The notes under the pieces were generated by a model. That model was not told the DNA's origin, made no database searches, and saw only the letters and a program-made list of their open reading frames with translations. A DNA stretch of 64,000 nucleotides from assembly GCA_051003195.1 (NCBI GenBank), contig JBPCLP010000033.1:1-64000 (forward strand), read 5' to 3'. The stretch's first letter is position 1, and each line of letters begins with the position of its first letter. Both the position numbers and the translations under genes were made by a program. Shown piece after piece: positions 30,229 to 40,878 of the stretch. Origin of the DNA: Candidatus Sumerlaeaceae bacterium (lineage in GTDB: Bacteria > Sumerlaeota > Sumerlaeia > Sumerlaeales > Sumerlaeaceae).

Positions 30229-31926
30229 TTGTGCCACCGGACTCAAGGTTATAGTCCGCTGGGCGATAACTTCTGCGATACCGAGGAGCACGCGATCAGC
30301 GATGTAGTCCATAACCCGCAGTCAGCTCCTGCAGCGGAGCATTCGGAACACGTACCGTCCAATCATACGTTGATGTGGCTCGCGATCCTTGCATCGATTG
30401 CCGCTGCGATTGCTCGGCTGGTGCTGATCTTCCGATTGGACCTGATTGTAGACGAAGCGCTGTATTACTGGATTGGCCAGAGAACCGCACTCACGCTTGC
30501 TCCGCATCCACCCGGAGTGCCTTTGCTTGCGCGTGCGATGACGGGGCTCTTTGGACGCACGGAGTGGGCAGTCCGCCTTCCCTCATTTCTCATGATGGCA
30601 GCACTGCCGTGGATCGTGTTCCTGTTGCTTCGTCGTATGGGCGCCGGGAGGCTGGCATGGTGGAGCATTTTCGTACTGAATGCGATACCGCTGTATGTCG
30701 GGTTCGGCGCCGTCCTCACGCCCGACGCGCCGCAGATTTTCATCTGGTCGAGCCTCCTCCTATTGTCCTACAATGCGCTGGAAAAACCCAGCGTATCTCG
30801 ATGGGGCCTTGTCGGCGCCGTTTTCGGAATCGGAATGGCGTTCAAATACATCCTCGCTCTTTTCGTTCCTTCATTGCTACTTTGTATGCTGCTCGTTCCT
30901 TCGTGGCGCCGACAACTCGCATCCGCTGGTCCATACATTGCCGCAGTCGTCACGATTGCGATGTTGGCAATACTGGTGAGCATTGCAGGGATTGAGTCGG
31001 CCAGGGATGCACTACGCTACCACCTGCAGGAACGACAACACTGGTCCGAAGCCCTGGATCCGGCCAACATTGGAATTTTCCAACTCGCCCACCTCGCCTA
31101 CATATCACCAGTTTTATATGTGATCGCTATTATCAGTATGTTTCGGTGTGGCTGGCAGGGCTGGCGCCTTCGTGACCGTCGTCTGCTGTTCGCATTTTCC
31201 TTTTCCATCGTCATGTTCCTGTTCTTCGCAATCGTTTCTGCGCTAACCGGACGGCGCCTGACTCGCGAACACTGGGATGCACCTGCTTACGTTTCTGCAT
31301 TAGCGGGCGGCATTCTTCTTCTGCGCGGCGGCAGTTCCATCCTGCACCGCTCGTTCGTTTCAGGTGTAAGCCTCGGAATGCTGATTACGGGAATTATCAT
31401 CATCGAAGCGACAACGGGCGCAATGAGCTCAATGGCTGCGTTAAAACCTCCATTCAGTTCTTTTCGTGGGTGGCGGCAGTTCAGCGCGTGTATCGATGAG
31501 CAATTCAGAACCTTTCCATCCGGCCCGAAAATTCTGCTGACGCGTAATTTTCACTCGTTGGTCGAATATGCCTTTTACGGGGGTGAGACACGGGAACTTT
31601 ATAAACTCGACCACAAGCTTGACCCGAAATGGGGCCTGACCGGCGAGTGGAGGCGTGCCGGCGTGACATGGCGCGACCTCGAATCCAAACCGTTCAAGAC
31701 CTTACTGTTCGTCCGCGAGGATCCGCGAGTCGGACCTCCTGAAAATGCACACAATCGCAGTGATGACGAATGGCTGCAGTGGTTGTCAGCAGCCTTCAAC
31801 TCGGCAACAGAACTACCGTCTTTCGACGTAACGGAAAACAACTACGTATTTCGTCGCTACAGGGTTTATCGCGGAGACGGGTTGAAAGACATCCATCAGT
31901 TTTCGTCGCCTCCCGACACCCGCTGA
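30229..31926 (+). CDS. GT-C glycosyltransferase (ArnT/GT39-like)
   Basis: DEALYYW, HPPGV, VRLPS, TPDAP, FKY. True start is uncertain. Confidence 0.8.
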   Translation: MCHRTQGYSPLGDNFCDTEEHAISDVVHNPQSAPAAEHSEHVPSNHTLMWLAILASIAAAIARLVLIFRLDLIVDEALYYWIGQRTALTLAPHPPGVPLLARAMTGLFGRTEWAVRLPSFLMMAALPWIVFLLLRRMGAGRLAWWSIFVLNAIPLYVGFGAVLTPDAPQIFIWSSLLLLSYNALEKPSVSRWGLVGAVFGIGMAFKYILALFVPSLLLCMLLVPSWRRQLASAGPYIAAVVTIAMLAILVSIAGIESARDALRYHLQERQHWSEALDPANIGIFQLAHLAYISPVLYVIAIISMFRCGWQGWRLRDRRLLFAFSFSIVMFLFFAIVSALTGRRLTREHWDAPAYVSALAGGILLLRGGSSILHRSFVSGVSLGMLITGIIIIEATTGAMSSMAALKPPFSSFRGWRQFSACIDEQFRTFPSGPKILLTRNFHSLVEYAFYGGETRELYKLDHKLDPKWGLTGEWRRAGVTWRDLESKPFKTLLFVREDPRVGPPENAHNRSDDEWLQWLSAAFNSATELPSFDVTENNYVFRRYRVYRGDGLKDIHQFSSPPDTR

Positions 31927-31995
31927 TACGATTTAAGTTACGCAAAATCGGACTGTGCCGTCCGATTCCCACAAATTTTGCCTTGCAATTCGTGT

Positions 31996-32019
31996 TGCTA
32001 TACTTAGCAATTTGCTAAG
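31996..32019 (+). promoter_or_regulatory. Extended -10 promoter (TG-c-TATACT) overlapped by a perfect operator palindrome
   Basis: TATACT at 31999-32004 preceded by TGn; CTTAGCAA-T-TTGCTAAG at 32003-32019. Confidence 0.7.
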
Positions 32020-32053
32020 AAACGAACGACCTACGGAAAAAACAGCCAAGACG

Positions 32054-32569
32054 ATGCTTCTGAGCGACAAGATCAAAATATTGCGTACCCTCGAGGGAAG
32101 CCTTCGCGGGCTGAATCGGCCCATCAGTAAATCGGAGATTGTCCGCCTCATCCATGAGGAACTGGGCGAATCTATCAGCCAGGCTTATCTTTCCCAACTC
32201 GAGAGCGGCAAGCGTCCGCATATGACGGAGAAGACTCGTGACCTGCTTTCACGCTTCTTCAAGGTGCACCCAGGTTTTTTTGTCTCTGACCCGGTAGGTT
32301 TTCATACGAATCTGACATCCGTCGAACTGAGCGAAGAGCGCCTGGATGAATGGATGCGCGCTGGCGCCGAGCAGTTTGAAAATGAGGACGGCGACCTGGC
32401 GGCAGCGCTTCGCATCCTTGCGGACCATGAGGCCACGCGGGAATTGGTTCTCCTGGTAGCTGAGTTGGTTGGCAGCCCCGAAACGCTCAATCGACTGAAA
32501 AGCGCATTGCGTACGCCCAGCGTTTCGCGTAAAAGTAAAAATGGTCGGGAAAGGAGGACTCCGGAATGA
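32054..32569 (+). CDS. XRE-family HTH transcriptional regulator
   Basis: ISQAYLSQLESGKRPHMT, LLSRFFKVHPGF. Confidence 0.85.
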   Translation: MLLSDKIKILRTLEGSLRGLNRPISKSEIVRLIHEELGESISQAYLSQLESGKRPHMTEKTRDLLSRFFKVHPGFFVSDPVGFHTNLTSVELSEERLDEWMRAGAEQFENEDGDLAAALRILADHEATRELVLLVAELVGSPETLNRLKSALRTPSVSRKSKNGRERRTPE

Positions 32570-33309
32570 ACACATACGTGTGGGCAAATATCTTTCTAGG
32601 CTGTTTCCTTTTCGGTTTTGTCCTCACGGTCATCTCCCTGCTGTTTGGCTTGGGTAACAGCGACGGTAATGTGCATGGCGGCAATGGGCATGACGGAATG
32701 TTTTCGTCTGATGGCAATGCGCACGGCGGAGTTTTTGTCGGGAGCGGCACGGACGCCTCGACTGGGATCGATGGCTCGCATGGCGACGGGAACACCGGCG
32801 GCCAGGACGACTTAAACCTCCTGCATTTGCTGAAGTACTTTAATTACAATACCATCCTGATGTTCCTGACGTGGTTCGGTGCCGCAGGATATGTTTTGCT
32901 GGTCGGTGGCAGAGGGACAGCTGTTGTGGTATTCTCGGGCGCAGCTGCTGCGGGTTTCATCGGTTCACTTATCGTCTTTTTATTCCTGCATAAATTCCTG
33001 CTTAAGGGCGAAACCCGGATGAAGCCGGGCGACTACTATTTGCCAGGCACGCTCGCGCGCATTGCATCGCCCATTCGCGAGGGAGGAACAGGTGAAATCG
33101 TGTACGTTCAGGGTGGCACCCGTAAGACAACAGGTGCGCGCAGCGAGGACGCGGTCGCCCATGCTCAAGGCGAGGAGGTGGTTATCATCCGCTGCGAGAA
33201 GGGCATCGCCTACGTACGCGCGCCCACATATAAACAGCACCTGACCACGGAATTTGAACCGGTTTCCCAAACAGTAAAATCACAAATCCAAAGGAGGATT
33301 GAAGAATGA
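32566..33309 (+). CDS. NfeD/YqiJ-like membrane protein (flotillin partner)
   Basis: TM helices, Gly/His/Asp-rich loop, C-terminal OB fold (GTGEIVY...GEEVVIIRCEKGIAYV); ATGA overlaps with both neighbours. Confidence 0.8.
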   Translation: MNTYVWANIFLGCFLFGFVLTVISLLFGLGNSDGNVHGGNGHDGMFSSDGNAHGGVFVGSGTDASTGIDGSHGDGNTGGQDDLNLLHLLKYFNYNTILMFLTWFGAAGYVLLVGGRGTAVVVFSGAAAAGFIGSLIVFLFLHKFLLKGETRMKPGDYYLPGTLARIASPIREGGTGEIVYVQGGTRKTTGARSEDAVAHAQGEEVVIIRCEKGIAYVRAPTYKQHLTTEFEPVSQTVKSQIQRRIEE

Positions 33310-34904
33310 ATATGCCGGAAACGAGCCCGCTGATGCTGGCAGTTATGATCGGCGCCGTATTTGTACTGGTCGTGGCCCTGTGGACGATGGCCAAGATGTA
33401 CCGCAAGGCAGGACCCAACGAGGCGCTCATCGTCTACGGTTGGGGTGGTACCGACATCGTGACCGGTGGCGGCCGCATTGTATTACCGCTGCTGCAATCC
33501 TCGCAGCGGTTGTCACTTGAGCTGATGAGCTTCGACGTCGCGCCGCGGCAGGATCTCTACACCGTCCAGGGCGTGGCGGTGACCATTGAAGCGGTTGCGC
33601 AGATTAAGGTGCGGAGCGATCCTGATAGTATTAAGACCGCCGCCGAGCAGTTTCTCGACAAAGAACCGATGGAACGCGATGGCCTGATTCGACTGGTCAT
33701 GGAAGGGCACCTGCGCGGCATCGTCGGACAGTTGTCCGTGGAATCGATCGTTAAGCAGCCCGAAATGGTCTCTGAAAAACTGCGCTCCACCTGCGCTGAG
33801 GACATGAACAAGATGGGGCTGGAGGTCGTCAGCTTCACGATCCGCGAGGTGAAGGACAAGAACGAGTACATCACCAACATGGGACGGCCTGACGTTGCCC
33901 GCATCAAACGTGATGCGGACGTTGCGACGGCTGAGGCGGACCGCGACACCACGATCAAGCGCGCAATCTACATGCGCGAAGCCGCCCAGGCGAAGGCACA
34001 AGCTGACATGGAGCGCGTGCAGGCGGAAACGGCCAGCGCCGCCAAACAAGCCGAATCGATCCGCGACCTTGAAGTTAAAAAGGCCGACTATGCAGCTGTC
34101 GTCGCCAAGCAAAAGGCCCAGAGCGACAAGACGTATGAGATCCAGGCCAACATTATGCAGCAACAGGTCATCGCTGAAGAGGTTCGCGTTGAGTACGTGC
34201 AACGCGAAGGCCAGATCAAGGTGCAGGAAGCCGAGATCCTTCGCCGCGAGAAGGAGCTCGTTGCGACCGTGCTCAAATCGGCCGAGATGGAGAGACAGAA
34301 GATCTCACAGCTCGCCGAAGCGGAACGCGCCCGGCTGTCCCTGATCGCAGCAGGCCAGGCTGAATCCAGACGCGTTCAGGCACAGGGCGAAGCCGATGCT
34401 ATCCGATCTGTGGGTCTCGCCGAAGCAGACGCTATTAAGGCGAAAGGTTTCGCTGAGGCTGAGGCAATGACCGTGAAAGCTGAAGCGTTTTCTGGTTATA
34501 ACCAGGCGGCTGTCATCGACAAGCTTTTGACGAACCTGCCGGAACTGGCCCGCGCCATGAGCGATCCGCTGAAGAACGTCGATCGCATTACGGTGCTTTC
34601 AACAGGCAACGGCAGCACTACCGGAATGGACAAGATCACCGGCGACATCGGCAAGATGATTACCCAGGTGCCGGCGTTATTTGAGACCCTCGCGGGTGTG
34701 GACTTGCATGAATTCATGAGGCGCCTCCCGGCTGTCGGTCGCGAGAGGGAGCCTGGGGACGGGAAGCTTCCGTTCGTGGCGGACAACGACTGTCCCCGGG
34801 GTGAGCGGGCCATGGCCCGCTCACCGCTTTGGGGCGTTCACGCCGAAACTTTAAAGAGGAGCAATATAGATGGAATCGATCTTCGACCGCATCACGGTAC
34901 CTAG
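33306..34904 (+). CDS. Flotillin family SPFH protein
   Basis: YRKAGPNEALIVYG, EGHLRGIVGQLSVE, MGLEVVSFTI, EA-rich coiled coil. Confidence 0.93.
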   Translation: MNMPETSPLMLAVMIGAVFVLVVALWTMAKMYRKAGPNEALIVYGWGGTDIVTGGGRIVLPLLQSSQRLSLELMSFDVAPRQDLYTVQGVAVTIEAVAQIKVRSDPDSIKTAAEQFLDKEPMERDGLIRLVMEGHLRGIVGQLSVESIVKQPEMVSEKLRSTCAEDMNKMGLEVVSFTIREVKDKNEYITNMGRPDVARIKRDADVATAEADRDTTIKRAIYMREAAQAKAQADMERVQAETASAAKQAESIRDLEVKKADYAAVVAKQKAQSDKTYEIQANIMQQQVIAEEVRVEYVQREGQIKVQEAEILRREKELVATVLKSAEMERQKISQLAEAERARLSLIAAGQAESRRVQAQGEADAIRSVGLAEADAIKAKGFAEAEAMTVKAEAFSGYNQAAVIDKLLTNLPELARAMSDPLKNVDRITVLSTGNGSTTGMDKITGDIGKMITQVPALFETLAGVDLHEFMRRLPAVGREREPGDGKLPFVADNDCPRGERAMARSPLWGVHAETLKRSNIDGIDLRPHHGT

Positions 34905-35232
34905 TGTCGGTTATGGAAATTCCAGCACGGCAACTGGTAATGAAGCGAGACCAACAGTGGTAGGATCAACGGGTCTTGTGGCCTCGGTTGAGGCGGCGGA
35001 ATTCGAGCGCCTGGTCAAAGACGCAGTAGACCCAGTGGTGCTTGCCATGGCCGGGAGCAGCTCGGTCGCTGCCAACGGAAAACCCGCTCCGCCGCGGGCG
35101 TCGCGTAGATACGCGATGAGCTGTTCTGGAGTCGTTTTCGTCACGCAGGCGGTACGCGCGCTTCAGTTCAGCAGCGATGCACGCGTCGTGGAATGCCAGG
35201 CCATCGTGTACGAGAACAAGCCACTTGGTTAG
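34870..35232 (+). CDS. Hypothetical protein within the flotillin-PspA operon
   Basis: GAGGAG RBS before ATG 34870; fills the gap between flotillin and PspA on the same strand. Confidence 0.6.
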   Translation: MESIFDRITVPSVGYGNSSTATGNEARPTVVGSTGLVASVEAAEFERLVKDAVDPVVLAMAGSSSVAANGKPAPPRASRRYAMSCSGVVFVTQAVRALQFSSDARVVECQAIVYENKPLG

Positions 35233-35271
35233 GATGCAGCAATTCATGGCGCTCGAAAGCGGTGGCAGGCC

Positions 35272-35880
35272 ATGAAATTGATCCAGCGTGTTACAACACT
35301 GCTTCGTGCGGACATCGACGATTTGCTGGAGCGCGCCGACGATCCGGAAACGATGATCAATCAGCTTGTGGTCGATATGAACAACCAGCTCATCCAGGTA
35401 AAAACTGCAGCGGCACAATGCATGGCAGACGAGTATGGACTGGAAAAGCGCCTGCAACAGGCGCGACAGGACGCTGATGCCGCCCAGCGCCGGCTGCAAT
35501 TTGAGCGTGATAAGGGCGACGACGAGCTCGCAGGCGCTGCGCTCCAGCGATGTAACGGGTACCAGCGTACCATAGATGAGATGCAGCGCCAGCTTGAGGA
35601 ACAGCGAAAGGAATGCGAAGCATTAAAGCTGGCGCTCGGAAAGCTGGACGTCAAAGTTTCCGAAGTGAACCGCCAAAAAGGCGTTCTGCTGGCCCGGCAC
35701 AAGCGAGCTGCGGCGAAAGAGAAGCTCACCAGGGCCCGCAGCGAGGTCCATCCCGACCGGCTGGAGGAATTGCTGGAGGCGATTGGTGCTTCGACCGCTG
35801 CCGTTGCTCCCGGCGTAGTGACGAGCGAGAAACGACGCAGCGGCTCTCGGAAGCGGCGGATCGCGAAATCTAAAAAGTAA
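35272..35880 (+). CDS. pspA: PspA/IM30 family protein with atypical C-terminus
   Basis: LIQRVTTLLRADIDDLLERADDPETMINQLVVDMNNQL, then coiled coil. Confidence 0.85.
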   Translation: MKLIQRVTTLLRADIDDLLERADDPETMINQLVVDMNNQLIQVKTAAAQCMADEYGLEKRLQQARQDADAAQRRLQFERDKGDDELAGAALQRCNGYQRTIDEMQRQLEEQRKECEALKLALGKLDVKVSEVNRQKGVLLARHKRAAAKEKLTRARSEVHPDRLEELLEAIGASTAAVAPGVVTSEKRRSGSRKRRIAKSKK

Positions 35881-36022
35881 CGAACCACTGAACGGCGGAG
35901 AGTTCGGGCCGAGAGGCGGCAGGCAATATTGCAACCTTCCTGCCGTGTGCTCTTTTTCCATTGAAGCTCCTCCAAACCGGCTTGTTCACTGTCGGCGGTA
36001 GCAATAGATACTCGGAGCCTGA

Positions 36023-37414
36023 ATGAAGCTTAGCGTCATCATACCGGTGTACAACGAGCGCAATACGCTGCGCACGATTATTGAACGCGTGCGAGCGGTC
36101 GAGGGTATCGAAAAAGAAATTGTGCTGGTGGATGATTACTCCACAGACGGCACGCGGGACCTCTACCCGGAGCTGCGCCCGCTGGTGGAACAGGTTATTT
36201 TGCACGACGTCAATAAGGGGAAGGGCGCCGCGATCCGCACGGGCGTACAGTACGCAACGGGCGACTACATTATCATCCAGGACGCGGACCTCGAATATGA
36301 CCCGCAGGAATACCATTTGCTGCTGCAGCCCGTTTTGTCCGGTGATGCCGACGTCGTATATGGGTCGCGCTTTCTAGGCGGCCGTCCGCATCGCGTCCTC
36401 TACTTCTGGCATTCCATGGGCAACAAGTTCCTCACGCTGCTCTCCAACATGTTCACGAATCTGAATCTCACGGACATGGAAACCTGCTATAAACTCGTGC
36501 GCGCAGACCTGCTTAAATCCATCGACATCGAGCAGAATCGGTTTGGGTTCGAGCCCGAGATCACAGCCAAGCTCGCCAAAATGGATATCCATATTTACGA
36601 GTGCGGGATTTCCTACGCGGGGCGCAGCTATGCGGAAGGCAAAAAAATCGGCTGGAAAGACGGTCTCCAGGCGCTGTGGTGCATTATCAAGTATTCGCAA
36701 GGACGTTATCGCGACTACGGTAAGGAAACACTCGAAACTCTCGCTCCTTTCGATGACTATTCCAAATGGATGTATGAAACCATCCGCCCGCACCTGGGCC
36801 GGCGCGTTATGGAAATCGGGTGCGGCATTGGCAACAACGTGGATCACCTTGTCTCCACGCCCGGCGCCGAAGTTATTCTTACCGACTATCGCGAAGACTA
36901 CCTGCAAGGTCTGCGCGATGCTTACCAGGGTGTCCAAAATATCAGCTTCTACCTGTACGACGCGACGAAACCTGCGCCGGATGAACTGGCGGCGCATCCG
37001 CCCGATACGATTGTCATGCTGAACGTTCTGGAGCACATCCAGCAGGATACGCTGGCGCTATCGAACTTGTATGAGCTGCTGGCTCCGGGCGGAAAGGTCG
37101 TCATTCTTGTGCCGGCGCACCAGGCGTTGTACTGTAAGATCGACGAGCGTCTGGATCATTTTCGCCGCTATTCCCGCGATGAACTGCAAAGCAAACTTCG
37201 TGGCGCCGGCTTCGATATTGTCGAGACCTACTTCTTTAATGCGGTGGGCGCGGCTGGCTGGTTCACGGCGGGTAAAGTATTTCGCCAGGGAACCATCAAA
37301 TCGCACCACGTCGGCATGCAGAAGGTCCTGCTGCCGGTAAGCAAAGCGGTGGATAAACTGAAGCTGCCGGTCGGTCTATCCGTCGTATGCGTCGGGAAAA
37401 GGCCCCAGCCGTAG
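36023..37414 (+). CDS. Bifunctional GT2 (polyprenol-phosphate glycosyltransferase-like) / class I SAM methyltransferase
   Basis: [25 protein letters not shown]; then [18 protein letters not shown]. Confidence 0.9.
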   Translation: MKLSVIIPVYNERNTLRTIIERVRAVEGIEKEIVLVDDYSTDGTRDLYPELRPLVEQVILHDVNKGKGAAIRTGVQYATGDYIIIQDADLEYDPQEYHLLLQPVLSGDADVVYGSRFLGGRPHRVLYFWHSMGNKFLTLLSNMFTNLNLTDMETCYKLVRADLLKSIDIEQNRFGFEPEITAKLAKMDIHIYECGISYAGRSYAEGKKIGWKDGLQALWCIIKYSQGRYRDYGKETLETLAPFDDYSKWMYETIRPHLGRRVMEIGCGIGNNVDHLVSTPGAEVILTDYREDYLQGLRDAYQGVQNISFYLYDATKPAPDELAAHPPDTIVMLNVLEHIQQDTLALSNLYELLAPGGKVVILVPAHQALYCKIDERLDHFRRYSRDELQSKLRGAGFDIVETYFFNAVGAAGWFTAGKVFRQGTIKSHHVGMQKVLLPVSKAVDKLKLPVGLSVVCVGKRPQP

Positions 37415-37484
37415 TCTCCAACCTCAATTTGCCACTACCACGTTTTTGCTTCACAGCGCCTTCGGACCCCGCAGTGTTGAAGAC

Positions 37485-38303
37485 ATGAGTCGAATTTCTG
37501 AGACGTTTGCAACCTTACGCGGCGATGGGTCCCGCGCCCTGATTCCCTACCTTACCGCCGGTTACCCGAATCGCCAAATGACTCTACCGCTGCTGCGCGC
37601 GCTTGTGGCCGGCGGTGCTGACATCATCGAAGTCGGGGTGCCGTTCAGTGATCCGATTGCAGATGGACCCACCATCCAGCGCGCGTCTGCGGAGGCGCTG
37701 ACGGGCGGGATTACCCTTAAGCATATTCTGCAAATGGTGAAGGACTTTCGTCAGGAGTCGCAGGTGCCAATCGTGCTCTTCGGCGCTTACAACCCGTTCC
37801 TGCACTTCGGCCTGGAAAAGTTCGCGGAAGCCGCGCTGAACGCCGGAGTGGATGCGGTGCTGATTCCGGACCTCCCGGCGGAAGAGGCCGATGAAGTAGA
37901 GCCGCTTTTGCGTCAGCTCGGACTGGACCTTATCTACCTGGTTGCTCCCACGACACCAGCAAATCGAAAGGCGGAGATCTGTGGACGCGCCAGCGGGTTT
38001 ATTTATTATATCAGTCTTAAGGGCGTCACTGGTGCGCGCGCCACACTGCAATATGAACTTGCCAGGCCGCTGGAGGAAATCCGTGCATGTACGAAACTGC
38101 CGGTTGCAGTTGGGTTCGGTATTTCCACGCCCGAGCAGGCGGCCCTGGTGGCACGCGAAGCCGATGGTGTCGTTGTAGGCAGTGCGCTCATCGACGTAGT
38201 CACCCAGAACCGTGACTCAGTTCAGCTTGCGGATAAGGTGCAGAACTTCATCCGCTCTCTCAAGGACGCAATCCAAAACCTCGAAACTCCAGCGGTCCGG
38301 TAA
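37485..38303 (+). CDS. trpA: Tryptophan synthase alpha chain
   Basis: EVGVPFSDPIADGPTIQ, GFIYYISLKGVTG, VGFGIS, DGVVVGSA. Confidence 0.97.
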   Translation: MSRISETFATLRGDGSRALIPYLTAGYPNRQMTLPLLRALVAGGADIIEVGVPFSDPIADGPTIQRASAEALTGGITLKHILQMVKDFRQESQVPIVLFGAYNPFLHFGLEKFAEAALNAGVDAVLIPDLPAEEADEVEPLLRQLGLDLIYLVAPTTPANRKAEICGRASGFIYYISLKGVTGARATLQYELARPLEEIRACTKLPVAVGFGISTPEQAALVAREADGVVVGSALIDVVTQNRDSVQLADKVQNFIRSLKDAIQNLETPAVR

Positions 38304-38309
38304 CCAACC

Positions 38310-38846
38310 GTGAACGTCCTCACAAATCTCGGAACGCTGCCGCTTCTGATTCTGCAGATTGTTGTGTTGCTGATGGTCCTTGCTGCGTGGGTAAAAGCTC
38401 GTTCACTGAACAGAAGTGGCATGGCAGCTACCAGGCAACTCGTTATCGTTTTATCGGTCGGCCTTGTGTTCGCTGCTCTTGCGTCGCTTCTGTCGGGCGC
38501 CGCGCTGTTCCAGGAACAGACCGGCCGAAATCTGGGTGTTTCGGGTGGGATTGCCTCGGATGCGCGTGCGTGGCTACGCCAGCACGGAACCCGACCCAAA
38601 GACAGAACCGATGTCGGGCAGAACATACGCACGCTGGCCGATGCAGTCACATTCCTCAAAGCTCATCAAGGCCAGCTCTCATCGGCAGGAACCGCAAAGC
38701 TGGAGGAGCTGTCTCGGGTGCCCGAAAAACCAAAGCGCCTGCTTACCGTCGGCGAGGAAACACAATATTTCCAGGCCGCTGATGATGGTTACAACTTCAT
38801 CAGCGGGTTGGCGGGCACCCAGACTGATCCTGCGACCGCCAGGTGA
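38310..38846 (+). CDS. Hypothetical membrane protein (2 TM)
   Basis: Two hydrophobic N-terminal helices; starts 7 nt after trpA. Confidence 0.6.
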   Translation: MNVLTNLGTLPLLILQIVVLLMVLAAWVKARSLNRSGMAATRQLVIVLSVGLVFAALASLLSGAALFQEQTGRNLGVSGGIASDARAWLRQHGTRPKDRTDVGQNIRTLADAVTFLKAHQGQLSSAGTAKLEELSRVPEKPKRLLTVGEETQYFQAADDGYNFISGLAGTQTDPATAR

Positions 38847-38847
38847 G

Positions 38848-39615
38848 TTACTGCCCGAGCACCTGCATCTGAACTCGTGAGACACCGCGTGATACCATCC
38901 CGAGTTGGGAGGCGGCGGCTTTTGAGAGGTCCAGAATACGGCCCTTGAGGTAGGGTCCCCGATTATTGATTCGGACCACGCATTCACGGCCGTTGCACTC
39001 GTTGGTAACTTTAACCAGCGTACCAAACGGCAGCGATCGGTGGGCGGCCGTCATTGAGTTCATGTCGTAACGCTCGCCATTGGCAGTTTTGCCTCCGTGG
39101 AAGTCGCGTCCGTACCAGGACGCCACTCCGCGCAGCACGGCCGCGGGGGAGTAGCTTCTACCGGTGTCAGCAGCGGGGGAATCACGCCTGAAGATCTTGG
39201 ACAACACGCCGCGGCGCTTGGGGGTCTGTGATTGGGTCTGGTAGCTTGAGTTCCATTGGCTGTAGGGATCCTGGGCCGCCTGATCGTTGGTGTCGTAGGA
39301 ATAGGTGTTAGCGGTGGGCGCCCACGTTGAGGAATATTGGCTGGGTGCGGAGCTTGTCCCGTTTGATTCGAAATAGGTATTAGGCTGCACGCGGCTGGAG
39401 CTCTTAGCAGTCCGGCGAGTGCCCTTCCCCTGCGCTGCCATGTTGTAAGAAGCAGTGAAGTTGGTCGATTGATCGGAGTTCAATGAACCGGAACCGTCGT
39501 TCCACATCGTGCCATCCGTGTAATATGTGGGTGCGGCGAATGCCATGGACGCAGCCCCGAAAAAGCAAAGCGCCGCAATGCTACAGCGCGTTGCTACCTT
39601 CCTGTTCTTGGCCAT
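38848..39615 (-). CDS. rlpA: RlpA family septal lytic transglycosylase (DPBB)
   Basis: GVASWYG, TANGERY, TAAHRSLPFGT, INNRGP, RILDLS; signal peptide; GGAGGAG RBS. Confidence 0.9.
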   Translation of the reverse strand: MAKNRKVATRCSIAALCFFGAASMAFAAPTYYTDGTMWNDGSGSLNSDQSTNFTASYNMAAQGKGTRRTAKSSSRVQPNTYFESNGTSSAPSQYSSTWAPTANTYSYDTNDQAAQDPYSQWNSSYQTQSQTPKRRGVLSKIFRRDSPAADTGRSYSPAAVLRGVASWYGRDFHGGKTANGERYDMNSMTAAHRSLPFGTLVKVTNECNGRECVVRINNRGPYLKGRILDLSKAAASQLGMVSRGVSRVQMQVLGQ

Positions 39616-39733
39616 GATAAGTCTCCTCCGACAGTTTACAAAGATCTTAACCTGCTGAGACACCGCCCTGCAGGTAAAGTAAAAAATACCCGCGCCGAGC
39701 GGAGCGAGATTTGTGCCCTCGAAGGCAGAAAGT

Positions 39734-39775
39734 CGTTCGGAGTACAGCCCCGTTCGGAGTACAGGCTTTAGCCTG
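39734..39775. repeat. REP-like element with a duplicated 14-mer
   Basis: CGTTCGGAGTACAG twice; the second continues into the hairpin CAGGCT-TT-AGCCTG. Confidence 0.6.
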
Positions 39776-40001
39776 GGCTAACGCAAGCTCACCGAGGATC
39801 GCCCCGTTCGCGATTATGTTCCCAGGTAAATCGCACTACCATCGTTGTAACCACAACATGCCTGCCATCAGTGATTTGCAGTTGCCACGGCAAACCCGCC
39901 GTAGGAGGTGAACATTACAGGGAAAATCTATTGACCTGCCGGACAGCTTCCCGAAACCTGAAATTCGTCGGCATTTGAGGAAAAGAGGAAGAGGCTCACC
40001 A

Positions 40002-40604
40002 ATGACTGCATTGCGAATGCTGCTGATCAGCACAATGAGCATATGCCTGGCGGGATGCGCTGCCTGGAATGACCGCACCGGCTCGCGCGCAACCATGAAC
40101 GCAGCCCCTGTAAATTCAGGGTTTCAGATGATTAATGCTGCACCGCCTCCCGTTCCCATGCCGCTTCAGCCTATGAATGCTTCTCTGCCCGAAGTACCCG
40201 CGCCTCATGCACCCACAATATCATTGGCGCCTGCTAAACTTTACAATCTTGAGCCTTCTCCTGAACGTAAAACCGCCGTAAGGTCGACTGCTAAAAGCAA
40301 GCCGGTCAGCGAAGAAGTGTTAACGGAGGTACCCGAAATCCCAGCAGCAGAGTCGTCTCCTGAGACAGCTCAGCCGCCGCAGACGGATAACTCCGAGGCT
40401 GATACTGCAATACTTGCACGGCCAGTGCGTAAAGGCTCCAGGAGTTCCGCTGCCAAAAGCAAAAGCTCCGAATCCGGCAAAAATACCTCGCCGCAGTCAA
40501 GTCTGCGATCAGGCAAATCGATACTCAGTGGAGAGAAACGGGATACCATCTTGCCCGTAAGCAATCCATCATCTGAGCCTGCGGATTTGCATTTCAGATC
40601 CTGA
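40002..40604 (+). CDS. Low-complexity lipoprotein
   Basis: Lipobox LAGC; Pro/Ser/Glu-rich body. Confidence 0.65.
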   Translation: MTALRMLLISTMSICLAGCAAWNDRTGSRATMNAAPVNSGFQMINAAPPPVPMPLQPMNASLPEVPAPHAPTISLAPAKLYNLEPSPERKTAVRSTAKSKPVSEEVLTEVPEIPAAESSPETAQPPQTDNSEADTAILARPVRKGSRSSAAKSKSSESGKNTSPQSSLRSGKSILSGEKRDTILPVSNPSSEPADLHFRS

Positions 40605-40738
40605 CCTTCGACGTGCCGAAAGGTTGTACGGCACAGTCACCCGTCTGAAAAGCCGCCCCATGGTTCGGTTCTCAATGCCTGAGAAATAAGGGCCTGCAGC
40701 CTTTTAGCGGGGCATTTCAACGGAACCGATTCAAATCT

Positions 40739-40754
40739 TGGCACGCTTTAAGCA
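40739..40754 (+). promoter_or_regulatory. Sigma54 (-24/-12) promoter
   Basis: TGGCACG-CTTT-AAGCA with exact GG-N10-GC spacing. Confidence 0.6.
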
Positions 40755-40878
40755 ATAACACTCCGCGTGGTTCACAAAGCAACGGGCTCCACAAGACAAT
40801 GTTAGGGTCAGGTCTACGGCAAGCGGGGGTAACCGGCTGACTGCAGAGCTGATTCAGACTCCATACGGAGGTAGGATC

